Assembly: GCF_036971445.1 (NCBI RefSeq)
Contig: NC_091476.1
Coordinates: forward strand, 82,026,001-82,090,000
Reading direction: 5' to 3'
DNA from: Narcine bancroftii
Lineage: Eukaryota
Length of the DNA stretch: 64,000 nt
The notes beneath the pieces were generated by a model that saw only the letters and a program-made list of their open reading frames with translations, had not been told where the DNA came from and did not search any database. Positions within the stretch are counted from its first letter, which is position 1. Every line of letters starts with the position of its first letter. This document shows positions 1-10,946 of this stretch, piece after piece. Made by a program: the position numbers and the translations under genes.

Positions 1-2479
1 GAAGGGGCTTCGCTCTGTATGAACGGTATGGGGAGAGGCTTTGCTCTGTGTGACGGGAAGGGGCTTTGCTCGGCGTGACGGGACGGGGCTTCGCTCTGTG
101 TGACGGGACGGTGCTTCGCTCTGTGTGAGGGGACGGGGCTTCGCTCTTTGTGACGGGACGGGGCTTCGCACTTTTTGTCGGGACGGGTCTTCGCTCTTTG
201 TTACAGGACGTGACTTCGCTCTGTGTGACGGGACGTGGCTTTGCTCGGTGTGACGGGACGGGGCTTCGCTCTGTGTGACTGGAAGGGGCTTCGCTCGGCG
301 TGACGGGACGGGGCTTCGCTCCGTATGACGGGACGGGGCTTCGCTCGGCGTGACGGGACGGGGCTTCACTACGTGTGACGGGACGGGACTTCGCTCCGTG
401 TGCCAGGACGGGATTTTCTCTGCGTGACGGGACGGGGCTTCGCTCCCTGTGACGTGTCGGGGCTTCACTGCGCGTGACGGTACGGGGCTTCGCTCCGCGT
501 GACGGGACGGCTCTTCGCTCTGTGTGATGGGCTCGGTCTTCACTCTGTGTGACAGGACGGGGCTTCTCACTGTGTGATGGGACGGGGCTTCGTTCTCGTG
601 ACGGGACGGGGCTTCGCACTTTGTGTCGGGACGGGGCTTCGCTCTTCGTGACGGGACGGGGATTCGGTCTTTGTGACGGAGTGTGTGACGGGACGGCGCT
701 TCACTGCGCGTGACGGGACTTGGCTTTGCTCGGCGTGACGGGACGGTGCTTTGCTCGGTGTGACGGGACGGTGCTTTGCTCGGTGAGACTAGAAGGGGCT
801 TTGCTCGGTGTGACGGGACTGGGCTTTGCTCGATGTGACTGGACGGGGCTTTACTCGGTGTGATGGGACGGGGCTGTGCTCGGTGTGACGGGACGGGGCT
901 TTGCTCTGTGTGACGGGACGCGGCTTTGCTCGGTGTGACGGGACGGGGCTTCGCTCTTTGTGACAGACCGGGGCTTCACTCTTTGTGACGGGATGGGGCT
1001 TCGCTCTTTGTGACGGGACGGGGCTTCTCTCCTTGTGACGGGACGGGGCTTCTCTCCTTGTGACGGGATGGGGCTTTGCTCTTTGTGACGGGACTGGGCT
1101 TCACGCTGTGTCGCTGCCATGGGAGTGCGTGACGGGAAGGGTCTTCGCTCTGTATGAACGGTATGGGGCGAGGCTTTGCTCTGTGTGGCGGGACAGGGCT
1201 TCGCTCTTTGTGACGGGACGGGGCTTTACTGTGTGTCCCTGCCCCGGTAGGGTGTGACGGGTTGGGGCTTTGCTCTGTGTCCCCGCCACAGGTTTGTATG
1301 ATGGGACGGGGCGTCACACCGTGTGACGGGAAGGGGCTACGCTCCGTGTGACGGGTCGGTGCTTGGCTCCCTGTGACGGGACGGGGCTTCGCTGCGTGTG
1401 AGGGGACGGGGTTTCGCTCTGTGTGACGGGACGGGGCTTTGCTCCGTGTGCCAGGACGCGGCCTTGCTCCGTGTGAGGGGATGGGGTTTCCTCCGTGTGA
1501 CGGGACGTGGCTTGCTCCGTGTAAGGCACGGCGCTTTGTTCCGAGTGACAGCTTCGCTCTTTGTGACGGGACGGGGCTTCTCTCTGTGTGACGGGACGGG
1601 GCTTTGCTCGCTGTAACGGGACGGGGCTTTGATCGCTGTAACGGGACGGGGCTTTGCTCGGCGTGACGGGACCGTGCTTCGCTCGGTGTGACAGGACGGG
1701 GCTTCGCTCGGTGTGACGGGACGGGGCTTCGCTCCGTGTGACGGGACGGGGCTTCGCTCTGTGTGACGGAATAGGGATTTGCTCTGTGTGACCGGACGGG
1801 GCTTTACTCTGAGTGATGGTAATGGACTTCACTCTGTCTCCCCGCCCAGGAGTGTGTGACGGGAAGGGGCTTTGCTCTCTGTGAGGGGACGGTGCTAGGC
1901 TTTGCTCTGTGTTGCGGTACGGGGCTTCGCTCCCTGTGATGGGTCGGGGCTTCGCTGCGAGTGACGGTATGGGGCTTCGCTCGGTGTGACGGGACGGGGC
2001 TTCGCTCGGTGTGACGGGACGGCGCTTCGCTCCGTGTGACACGACGGGGCTTCGCTCCGTGTGCAAGGACGCGGCCTTGCTCCGTGTGAGGGGACGGGGT
2101 TTCGTCCGTGTGACGGGACGTGGCTTGCTCCGTGTAAGGCACGGGGCATTGTTCCGATTGACGGGACGCAGCTTCGCTCTGTGTGACGGGAGTGGACGAG
2201 GCTTTGCTCTGTGTGACCGGACAGGGATTCACAATTCGTGACGGTACGGGGCTTCGCTCTTTGTAACGGGACGGGGCTTCGCTCTGTGTGACGGGACAGG
2301 AGTTTGCTTGGCGTGACGGGACGGGGCTTCGCTCGGTGTGACGGGACGGGGCTTCGCTCGGTGTGACGGGACGGGGCTTCGCTCGGTGTGACCGGACGGG
2401 GCTTCGCTCCGTGTGACGGGACGGGGCTTCGTTCTGTGTGACGGAACAGGGATTTGCTCTGTGTGACTGGACGGGGCTT

Positions 2480-2600
2480 TACTCTGAGTGATGGTAATGG
2501 ACTTCACTCTGTCTCCCCGCCCAGGAGTGTGTGAAGGATTGGGGCTTTGCTCTGTGTCCCCGTCCCAGATGTGTGTGACGAGACGGGACATTGCTCTGTT
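2480..2600 (+). repeat. Representative divergent cassette A (TCTGAGTGATGGTAATGGACTTCACTCTGTCTCCCCGCCCAGGAGTGTGTGAARGATTGGGGC...), roughly 45 copies in the window
   Basis: GTAATGGACTTCACTCTGTCTCC seen near 1819, 2494, 3611, 5307, 8542, 10143 and onward to about 63434; count is by eye. Confidence 0.85.
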
Positions 2601-5524
2601 TGACGGGAAGGGGCTTTGCTCTCTGTGACGGGTCGGGGCGAGGCTATGCTCTGCGTGACGGGACGGTGCTAGGCTTTGCTCTGTGTGGCGGACAGGGGTT
2701 CGCTCTTCGTGACGGGACGGGGCTTTACTCTGTGTCCCTGCCCCGGTAAGGGTGTGACGGGTTGGGGCTTTGCTCTGTGTCCCCGCCCCAGGTTTGTATG
2801 ATGGGACGGGGCGTCACACCGTGTGAAGGGAAGGGGCTACGCTCCGCGTGACGGGTCGGGGCTTCGCTCCCTGTGACGGGTCGGGGCTTGCTGCGCGTGA
2901 CGGGACGGTGCTTCGCTCTGCATGACGGGACGGGGCTTCGCTCTGTGTGACGGGACGGGGCTTTGCTCTGTGTGACGGGCTGGGTCTTCACTCTGTGTGA
3001 CGGGAAGGGGCTTTCCTGGGTGTGACAGGACGGGGCTTTGCTCGGCGTGACGGGACTGGGCTTTGCTCGTCGTGACGGGACGGGGCTTTGCTCGGTGTGA
3101 CAGGACGGTGCTTTGCTCGGTGAGACTGGAAGGGGCTTTGCTCGGTGTGACGGGACGGAGATTTGCTCGGTGTGACCGGACGGGGTTTGCTCGGTGTGAC
3201 GGTACGGGTGTGCCAGGACGCGGCCTTGCTCCGTGTGAGGGGACGTGGTTTCCTCCGTGTGAGGGGACGTGGTTTCCTCCGTGTAACGGGACGGCGCTTC
3301 GCTCCGTGTGACAGGACGGGGCTTCGCTCGGTGTGCCAGGACGCGGCCTTGCTCCGTGTGCCAGGACGCGGCCTTGCTCCGTGTGAGGGGACGGGGTTTC
3401 CTCCGTGTGACGGGATGTGGTTTGCTCCGTGTAAGGCACGGGGCTTTGCTCGGTGTGACTGGAAGGGGCTTTGCTCGGTGTGACGGAACGGGGCTTTGCT
3501 CGGTGTGACGGGACGGGGCTTCGATCTTTGTGACAGGACGGGGCTTCGCTCTGTATGACGGGACGGGGATTTGCTCTGGGTGACGGGACGGGGCTTTACT
3601 CTGAGTGATGGTAATGGACTTCACTCTGTCTCCACGCCCAGGAGTGTGTGAAGGATTGGGGCTTTGTTCTGTGTCCCCGCCCCAGGTGTGTGTGACATGA
3701 CGGGACATTGCTCTGTTTGACGGGAAGGGGCTTTGCTCTCTGTGACGGGTCGGGGCGAGGCTATGCTCTGTGTGACGGGACGGTGATAGGCTTTGCTCTG
3801 TGTGGCGGGACAAGGGATACCTCTTTGTGACGGGTCGGGGCTTCGCTGCGCGTGACGGGACGGGGCTACGCTCTGCGTGACGTGACGGGGCTTCGCTCTG
3901 TGTGACGGGACAGGGCTTCGCTCTGTGTGACGGAATGGGGCGAGACTTTGCTCTGTGTGACAGGACGGGGCTTTGCTCTGTGTGCTGGTAATGGACTTCA
4001 CTCTGTCTCCCCTCCCAGTAGTGTGTGCAGGATTGGGGCTTTACTCTGTGTCCCCGTCCCAGGTGTGTGTGACGTGACGGGACATTGCTTTGTGTGACGG
4101 GAAGGGGCTTTGCTCGGCGTGACGGGACGGGGATTCGCTCTGCGTGACGGGACGGTGCTTCGCTCTGTGTGACGGGACGGGGCTTCGCTCTTTGTGACGG
4201 GACGGGGCTTCGCACTTTTTGTCGGGACGGAGCTTCGCTCTTTGTTACAGGACGGGGCTTCGCTCTTTGTGACGATACGGGGCTTCGCTCTTTGTGACGG
4301 GACGGGGCTTCGCTCTGTGTGACGGGACGGGGCTTTACTCTGTGTCCCTGCCCCGGTAGGGTGTGACGGGTTGGGGCTTTGCTCTGTGTCCCCGCCCCAG
4401 GTTTGTATGATGGGACTGGGCGTCACACGGTGTGACGGGACGGGGTTTCACGCTTGTGAAGGGACGTGGCTTCGCTCTTGTGACGGGAAGGGGCTTTACT
4501 CTGTGTCCCTGCCCCGGTAGGGTGTGACGGGTTGGGGCTTTGCTCTGTGTGACGGGACGTGGCTTTGCTCGGTGTGACGGGACGTGGCTTTGCTCGGTTT
4601 GACGGGACGTGGCTTTGCTCGGTGAGACTAGAAGGGGCTTTGCTCGGTGTGACGGGACGGGGCTTTGCTCGACGTGACGGGACGGGGCTTCGCTCGGTGT
4701 GACGGGACGGGGCTTCGCTCATTGTGACGGGACGGGGCTTCGCTCTTTGTGACGGGAGGGGACGGTGCTTCTCTCTTTATGACGGTACGGGGCTTCTCTC
4801 CTCGTGACGGTACGCGGCTTCTATCCTTGTGACGTGAGGGGGCTTCTCTCCTTGTGACGGGACGCGGCTTCTCTCCTTGTTACGGGACGGGGCGTCTCTC
4901 CTTGTGACGGGGCGGGGCTTCTCTCCTCGTGATGGGACGCGGCTTCTCTCCTAGTGACGGGACGGGCGTTGCTCTTTGTGACGGGAGGGGCTTCGCTCTT
5001 TGTGTCGGGACGGGGCTTCGCTCTTTGTGAAGGGACGGGGTTTCGCTCTTTGTGACGGGATGGGGCTTCGCTCTTTGTGACGGGACGGGGCTTCGCTCTG
5101 TGTGACAGGACGTGGCTTTGCTCGGCGTGACGGGACGGGGCTTCGCTCTGTGTGACTGGAAGGGGCTTCGCTCGGTGTGACGGTCGGGGCTTTGCTCGGT
5201 ATGACGGGACGGGGCTTCGCTCGGCGTGACGGGACGGGGCTTCGCTCTGTGTGACAGAACAGGGATTTGCTCTGTGTGACGGGATGGGGCTTTGCTCTGA
5301 GTGATGGTAATGGACTTCACTCTGTCTCCCCGCCCAGGAGTGTGTGAAAGATTGGGGCTTAGCTCTGTGTCCCCGCCCCAGGTGTGTGTGACATGACGGG
5401 ACATTGCTCTGTTTGACGGGAAGGGGCTTTGATCTCTGTGACGGGTCGGGGCGAGGCTTTGCTCTGTGTGACGGGACGGTGCTAGGCTTTGCTCTGTGTG
5501 GCTGGACAGGGCTTCGCTCTTTGT

Positions 5525-5645
5525 CACGGGACTGGGCTTTACTGTGTGTCCCTGCCCCGGTAGGGTGTGACGGGTTGGGGCTTTGCTCTGTGTCCCCGCC
5601 CCAGGTTTGTATGATGGGACGGGGCGTCACACCGTGTGACAGGAA
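5525..5645 (+). repeat. Representative divergent cassette B: two 44-bp units (…GTCCCTGCCCCGGTAGGGT / …GTCCCCGCCCCAGGTTTGT) followed by a monomer carrying the GTCACAC-N-GTGTGAC palindrome
   Basis: Directly visible; recurs near 1230, 2730, 4340, 7950, 9180, 10380 and onward to about 62920. Confidence 0.85.
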
Positions 5646-5859
5646 GGGCCTACGCTCCATGTGACGGGACGGGGCTTCGCACCGTGTGCCAGGACGCGGC
5701 CTTGCTCCGTGTGAGAGGACGTGGTTTCCACCGTGTGACGGGACGCGGCTTCGCTCCGTGTGACGGGAAGGCGCTTCGCTCCGTGTGCTAGGATGCGGCC
5801 TTCCTCCGTGCAAGGCACGGGGTTTTGTTCCCCGTGACGGGATGGAGCTTCGCTCTGTG

Positions 5860-8800
5860 TGACGGGACAGGGCATCGCTCTTTGTGACGGGTTGGGGCTT
5901 TACTCTGTGTCCCTGCCCCGGTGGGTTGGGGCTTTGCTCTGTGTCCCCGCCCCAGGTTTGTATGATGGGACGGGGCGTCACACCGTGCGACAGGAAGGGC
6001 CTACGCTCCATGTGACGGGTCGGGGCTTCGCTCCCTGTGACGTGTCGGGGCTTCACTGCGCGTGACGGGACGGGGCTTCGCTCCGCGTGACAGGACGGCT
6101 CTTCGCTCTGTGTGATGGGCTCGGTCTTCACTCTGTGTGACGGGACGGGGCTTCTCACTGTGTGATGGGACGGGGCTTCGTTCTCGTGACGGGACGGTGC
6201 TTCGCACTTTGTGTCGGGACGGGGCTTCGCTCTTCGTGACGGGACGGGGATTCGGTCTTTGTGACGGAGTGTGTGATGGGACAGGGCTTCACTGCGCGTG
6301 ACGGGACTGGGCTTTGCTCGGCGTGACGGGACGGTGCTTTGCTCGGTGTGACGGGACCGTGCTTTGCTCGGTGAGACTAGAAGGGGCTTTGCTCGGTGTG
6401 ACGGGACTGGGCTTTGCTCGATGTGACTGGACGGGGCTTTGCTCGGTGTGATGGGACGGGGCTGTGCTCGCTGTGACGGGACGGGGCTTTGCTCTGTGTG
6501 ACGGGACGCGGCTTCTCTCGGTGAGACGGGACGGGGCTTCGCTCTTTGTGACAGACCGGGGCTTCACTCTTTGCGACGGGATGGGGCTTCGCTCTTTGTG
6601 ACGGGACGGGGCTTCTCTCCTTGTGACGGGACGGGGCTTCTCTCCTTGTGACGGGATGGGGCTTTGCTCTTTGTGACGGGACTGGGCTTCACGCTGTGTC
6701 GCTGCCATGGGAGTGTGTGACGGGAAGGGGCTTCGCTCTGTATGAACGGTATGGGGAGAGGCTTTGCTCTGTGTGACGGGAAGGGGCTTTGCTCGGCGTG
6801 ACGGGACGGGGCTTCGCTCTGTGTGACGGGACGGTGCTTCGCTCTGTGTGAGGGGACGGGGCTTCGCTCTTTGTGACGGGACGGGGCTTCGCACTCTTTG
6901 TCGGGACGGGTCTTCGCTCTTTGTTACAGGACGTGACTTCGCTCTGTGTGACGGGACGTGGCTTTGCTCGGTGTGACGGGACGGGGCTTCGCTCTGTGTG
7001 ACTGGAAGGGGCTTCGCTCGGCGTGACGGGACGGGGCTTCGCTCCGTATGACGGGACGGGGCTTCGCTCGGCGTGACGGGACGGGGCTTCACTACGTGTG
7101 ACGGGACGGGACTTCGCTCCGTGTGCCAGGACTGGATTTTCTCTGCGTGACGGGACGGGGCTTCGCTCCCTGTGACGTGTCGGGGCTTCACTGCGCGTGA
7201 CGGGACGGGGCTTCGCTCCGCGTGACGGGACGGCTCTTCGCTCTGTGTGATGGGCTCGGTCTTCACTCTGTGTGACGGGACGGGGCTTCTCACTGTGTGA
7301 TGGGACGGGGCTTCGTTCTCGTGACGGGACGGGGCTTCGCACTTTGTGTCGGGACGGGGCTTCGCTCTTCGTGACGGGACGGGGATTCGGTCTTTGTGAC
7401 GGAGTGTGTGACGGGACGGGGCTTCACTGCGCGTGACGGGACTTGGCTTTGCTCGGCGTGACGGGACGGTGCTTTGCTCGGTGTGACGGGACGGTGCTTT
7501 GCTCGGTGAGACTAGAAGGGGCTTTGCTCGGTGTGACGGGACTGGGCTTTGCTCGATGTGACTGGACGACGCTTTACTCGGTGTGATGGGACGGGGCTGT
7601 GCTCGGTGTGACGGGACGGGGCTTTGCTCTGTGTGACGGGACGCGGCTTTGCTCGGTGTGACGGGACGGGGCTTCGCTCTTTGTGACAGACCGGGGCTTC
7701 ACTCTTTGTGACGGGATGGGGCTTCGCTCTTTGTGACGGGACGGGGCTTCTCTCCTTGTGACGGGACGGGGCTTCTCTCCTTGTGACGGGATGGGGCTTT
7801 GCTCTTTGTGACGGGACTGGGTTTCACGCTGTGTCGCTGTCATGGGAGTGTGTGACGGGAAGGGTCTTCGCTCTGTATGAACGGTATGGGGCGAGGCTTT
7901 GCTCTGTGTGGCGGGACAGGGCTTCGCTCTTTGTGACGGGACGGGGCTTTACTGTGTGTCCCTGCCCCGGTAGGGTGTGACGGGTTGGGGCTTTGCTCTG
8001 TGTCCCCGCCACAGGTTTGTATGATGGGACGGGGCGTCACACCGTGTGACGGGAAGGGGCTACGCTCCGTGTGACGGGTCGGTGCTTGGCTCCCTGTGAC
8101 GGGACGGGGCTTCGCTGCGTGTGAGGGGACGGGGTTTCGCTCTGTGTGACGGGACGGGGCTTTGCTCCGTGTGCCAGGACGCGGCCTTGCTCCGTGTGAG
8201 GGGATGGGGTTTCCTCCGTGTGACGGGACGTGGCTTGCTCCGTGTAAGGCACGGCGCTTTGTTCCGAGTGACAGCTTCGCTCTTTGTGACGGGACGGGGC
8301 TTCTCTCTGTGTGACGGGACGGGGCTTTGCTCGCTGTAACGGGACGTGGCTTTGATCGCTGTAACGGGACGGGGCTTTGCTCGGCGTGACGGGACCGTGC
8401 TTCGCTCGGTGTGACAGGACGGGGCTTCGCTCGGTGTGACGGGACGGGGCTTCGCTCCGTGTGACGGGACGGGGCTTCGCTCTGTGTGACGGAATAGGGA
8501 TTTGCTCTGTGTGACCGGACGGGGCTTTACTCTGAGTGATGGTAATGGACTTCACTCTGTCTCCCCGCCCAGGAGTGTGTGAAGGATTGGGGCTTTGCTC
8601 TGTGTCCCCGCCCCAGGTGTGTGTGACGTGACTGGTCATTGCTCTGTGTGACGGGAAGGGGCTTTGCTCTCTGTGAGGGGACGGTGCTAGGCTTTGCTCT
8701 GTGTTGCGGTACGGGGCTTCGCTCCCTGTGATGGGTCGGGGCTTCGCTGCGAGTGACGGTATGGGGCTTCGCTCGGTGTGACGGGACGGGGCTTCGCTCG

Positions 8801-10946
8801 GTGTGACGGGACGGCGCTTCGCTCCGTGTGACACGACGGGGCTTCGCTCCGTGTGCAAGGACGCGGCCTTGCTCCGTGTGAGGGGACGGGGTTTCCTCCG
8901 TGTGACGGGACGTGGCTTGCTCCGTGTAAGGCACGGGGCATTGTTCCGATTGACGGGACGCAGCTTCGCTCTGTGTGACGGGAGTGGACGAGGCTTTGCT
9001 CTGTGTGACCGGACAGGGATTCACAATTCGTGACGGTACGGGGCTTCGCACTTTTTGTCGGGACGGAGCTTCGCTCTTTGTTACAGGACGGGGCTTCGCT
9101 CTTTGTGACGATACGGGGCTTCGCTCTTTGTGACGGGACGGGGCTTCGCTCTGTGTGACGGGACGGGGCTTTACTCTGTGTCCCTGCCCCGGTAGGGTGT
9201 GACGGGTTGGGGCTTTGCTCTGTGTCCCCGCCCCAGGTTTGTATGATGGGACTGGGCGTCACACGGTGTGACGGGACGGGGTTTCACTCTTGTGAAGTGA
9301 CGTGGCTTCGCTCTTGTGACGGGAAGGGGCTTTACTCTGTGTCCCTGCCCCGGTAGGGTGTGACGGGTTGGGGCTTTGCTCTGTGTGACGGGACGTGGCT
9401 TTGCTCGGTGTGACGGGACGTGGCTTTGCTCGGTTTGACGGGACGTGGCTTTGCTCGGTGAGACTAGAAGGGGCTTTGCTCGGTGTGACGGGACGGGGCT
9501 TTGCTCGACGTGACGGGACGGGGCTTCGCTCGGTGTGACGGGACGGGGCTTCGCTCATTGTGACGGGACGGGGCTTCGCTCTTTGTGACGGGAGGGGACG
9601 GTGCTTCTCTCTTTATGACGGTACGGGGCTTCTCTCCTCGTGACGGTACGCGGCTTCTATCCTTGTGACGTGAGGGGGCTTCTCTCCTTGTGACGGGACG
9701 CGGCTTCTCTCCTTGTTACGGGACGGGGCGTCTCTCCTTGTGACGGGGCGGGGCTTCTCTCCTCGTGATGGGACGCGGCTTCTCTCCTAGTGACGGGACG
9801 GGCTTTGCTCTTTGTGACGGGAGGGGCTTCGCTCTTTGTGTCGGGACGGGGCTTCGCTCTTTGTGAAGGGACGGGGTTTCGCTCTTTGTGACGGGATGGG
9901 GCTTCGCTCTTTGTGACGGGACGGGGCTTCGCTCTGTGTGACAGGACGTGGCTTTGCTCGGCGTGACGGGACGGGGCTTCGCTCTGTGTGACTGGAAGGG
10001 GCTTCGCTCGGTGTGACGGTCGGGGCTTTGCTCGGTGTGACGGGACGGGGCTTCGCTCGGCGTGACGGGACGGGGCTTCGCTCTGTGTGACAGAACAGGG
10101 ATTTGCTCTGTGTGACGGGATGGGGCTTTGCTCTGAGTGATGGTAATGGACTTCACTCTGTCTCCCCGCCCAGGAGTGTGTGAAAGATTGGGGCTTAGCT
10201 CTGTGTCCCCGCCCCAGGTGTGTGTGACATGACGGGACATTGCTCTGTTTGACGGGAAGGGGCTTTGATCTCTGTGACGGGTCGGGGCGAGTCTTTGCTC
10301 TGTGTGACGGGACGGTGCTAGGCTTTGCTCTGTGTGGCTGGACAGGGCTTCGCTCTTTGTCACGGGACTGGGCTTTACTGTGTGTCCCTGCCCCGGTAGG
10401 GTGTGACGGGTTGGGGCTTTGCTCTGTGTCCCCGCCCCAGGTTTGTATGATGGGACGGGGCGTCACACCGTGTGACAGGAAGGGCCTACGCTCCATGTGC
10501 CGGGTCGGGGCTTCGCTCCCTGTGACGTGTCGGGGCTTCACTGCGCGTGACGGGACGGGGCTTCGCTCCGCGTGACGGGACGGCTCTTCGCTCTGTGTGA
10601 TGGGCTCCGTCTTCACTCTGTGTGACGGGACGGGGCTTCTCACTGTGTGATGGGACGGGGCTTCGTTCTCGTGACGGGACGGGGCTTCGCACTTTGTGTC
10701 GGGACGGGGCTTCGCTCTTCGTGACGGGACGGGGATTCGGTCTTTGTGACGGAGTGTGTGATGGGACGGGGCTTCACTGCGCGTGACGGGACTGGGCTTT
10801 GCTCGGCGTGACGGGACGGTGCTTTGCTCGGTGTGACGGGACGGTGCTTTGCTCGGTGAGACTAGAAGGGGCTTTGCTCGGTGTGACGGGACTGGGCTTT
10901 GCTCGATGTTACTGGACGGGGCTTTGCTCGGTGTGATGGGACGGGG
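5860..10946 (+). repeat. Higher-order block duplicated at 14663-19749 (offset 8803)
   Basis: ORF pairs 5859/14662, 6289/15092, 7574/16377, 8037/16840, 8687/17490, 9657/18460 and 10486/19289 all differ by 8803; private variant GACGACGCTTT at about 7566 and 16369. Confidence 0.88.

Larger units (their letters stand above)
1..5650 (+). repeat. Higher-order block, copy 1 (partner about 21837-27800)
   Basis: Matching ORFs 851/22687 (offset 21836), 2011/23916 (21905), 2837/24740 (21903), 3621/25767, 4880/27026 and 5404/27550 (22146). Offset shifts are explained by 69-bp and 243-bp deletions in this copy. Ends approximate. Confidence 0.8.

Noticed and set aside
586-630. CENP-B box-like TTCG...CGGG motif in monomers
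   Set aside because: The canonical box is TTCG-N4-A-N2-CGGG (7-nt spacing); here the spacing is 9-10 nt.
5295-5365. Canonical hammerhead ribozyme (CTGAGTGA...GAAA)
   Set aside because: The core has an extra nucleotide relative to CUGANGA, flanks do not form stem II, and many copies read GAAG instead of GAAA; retained only as a speculative structured-RNA finding.
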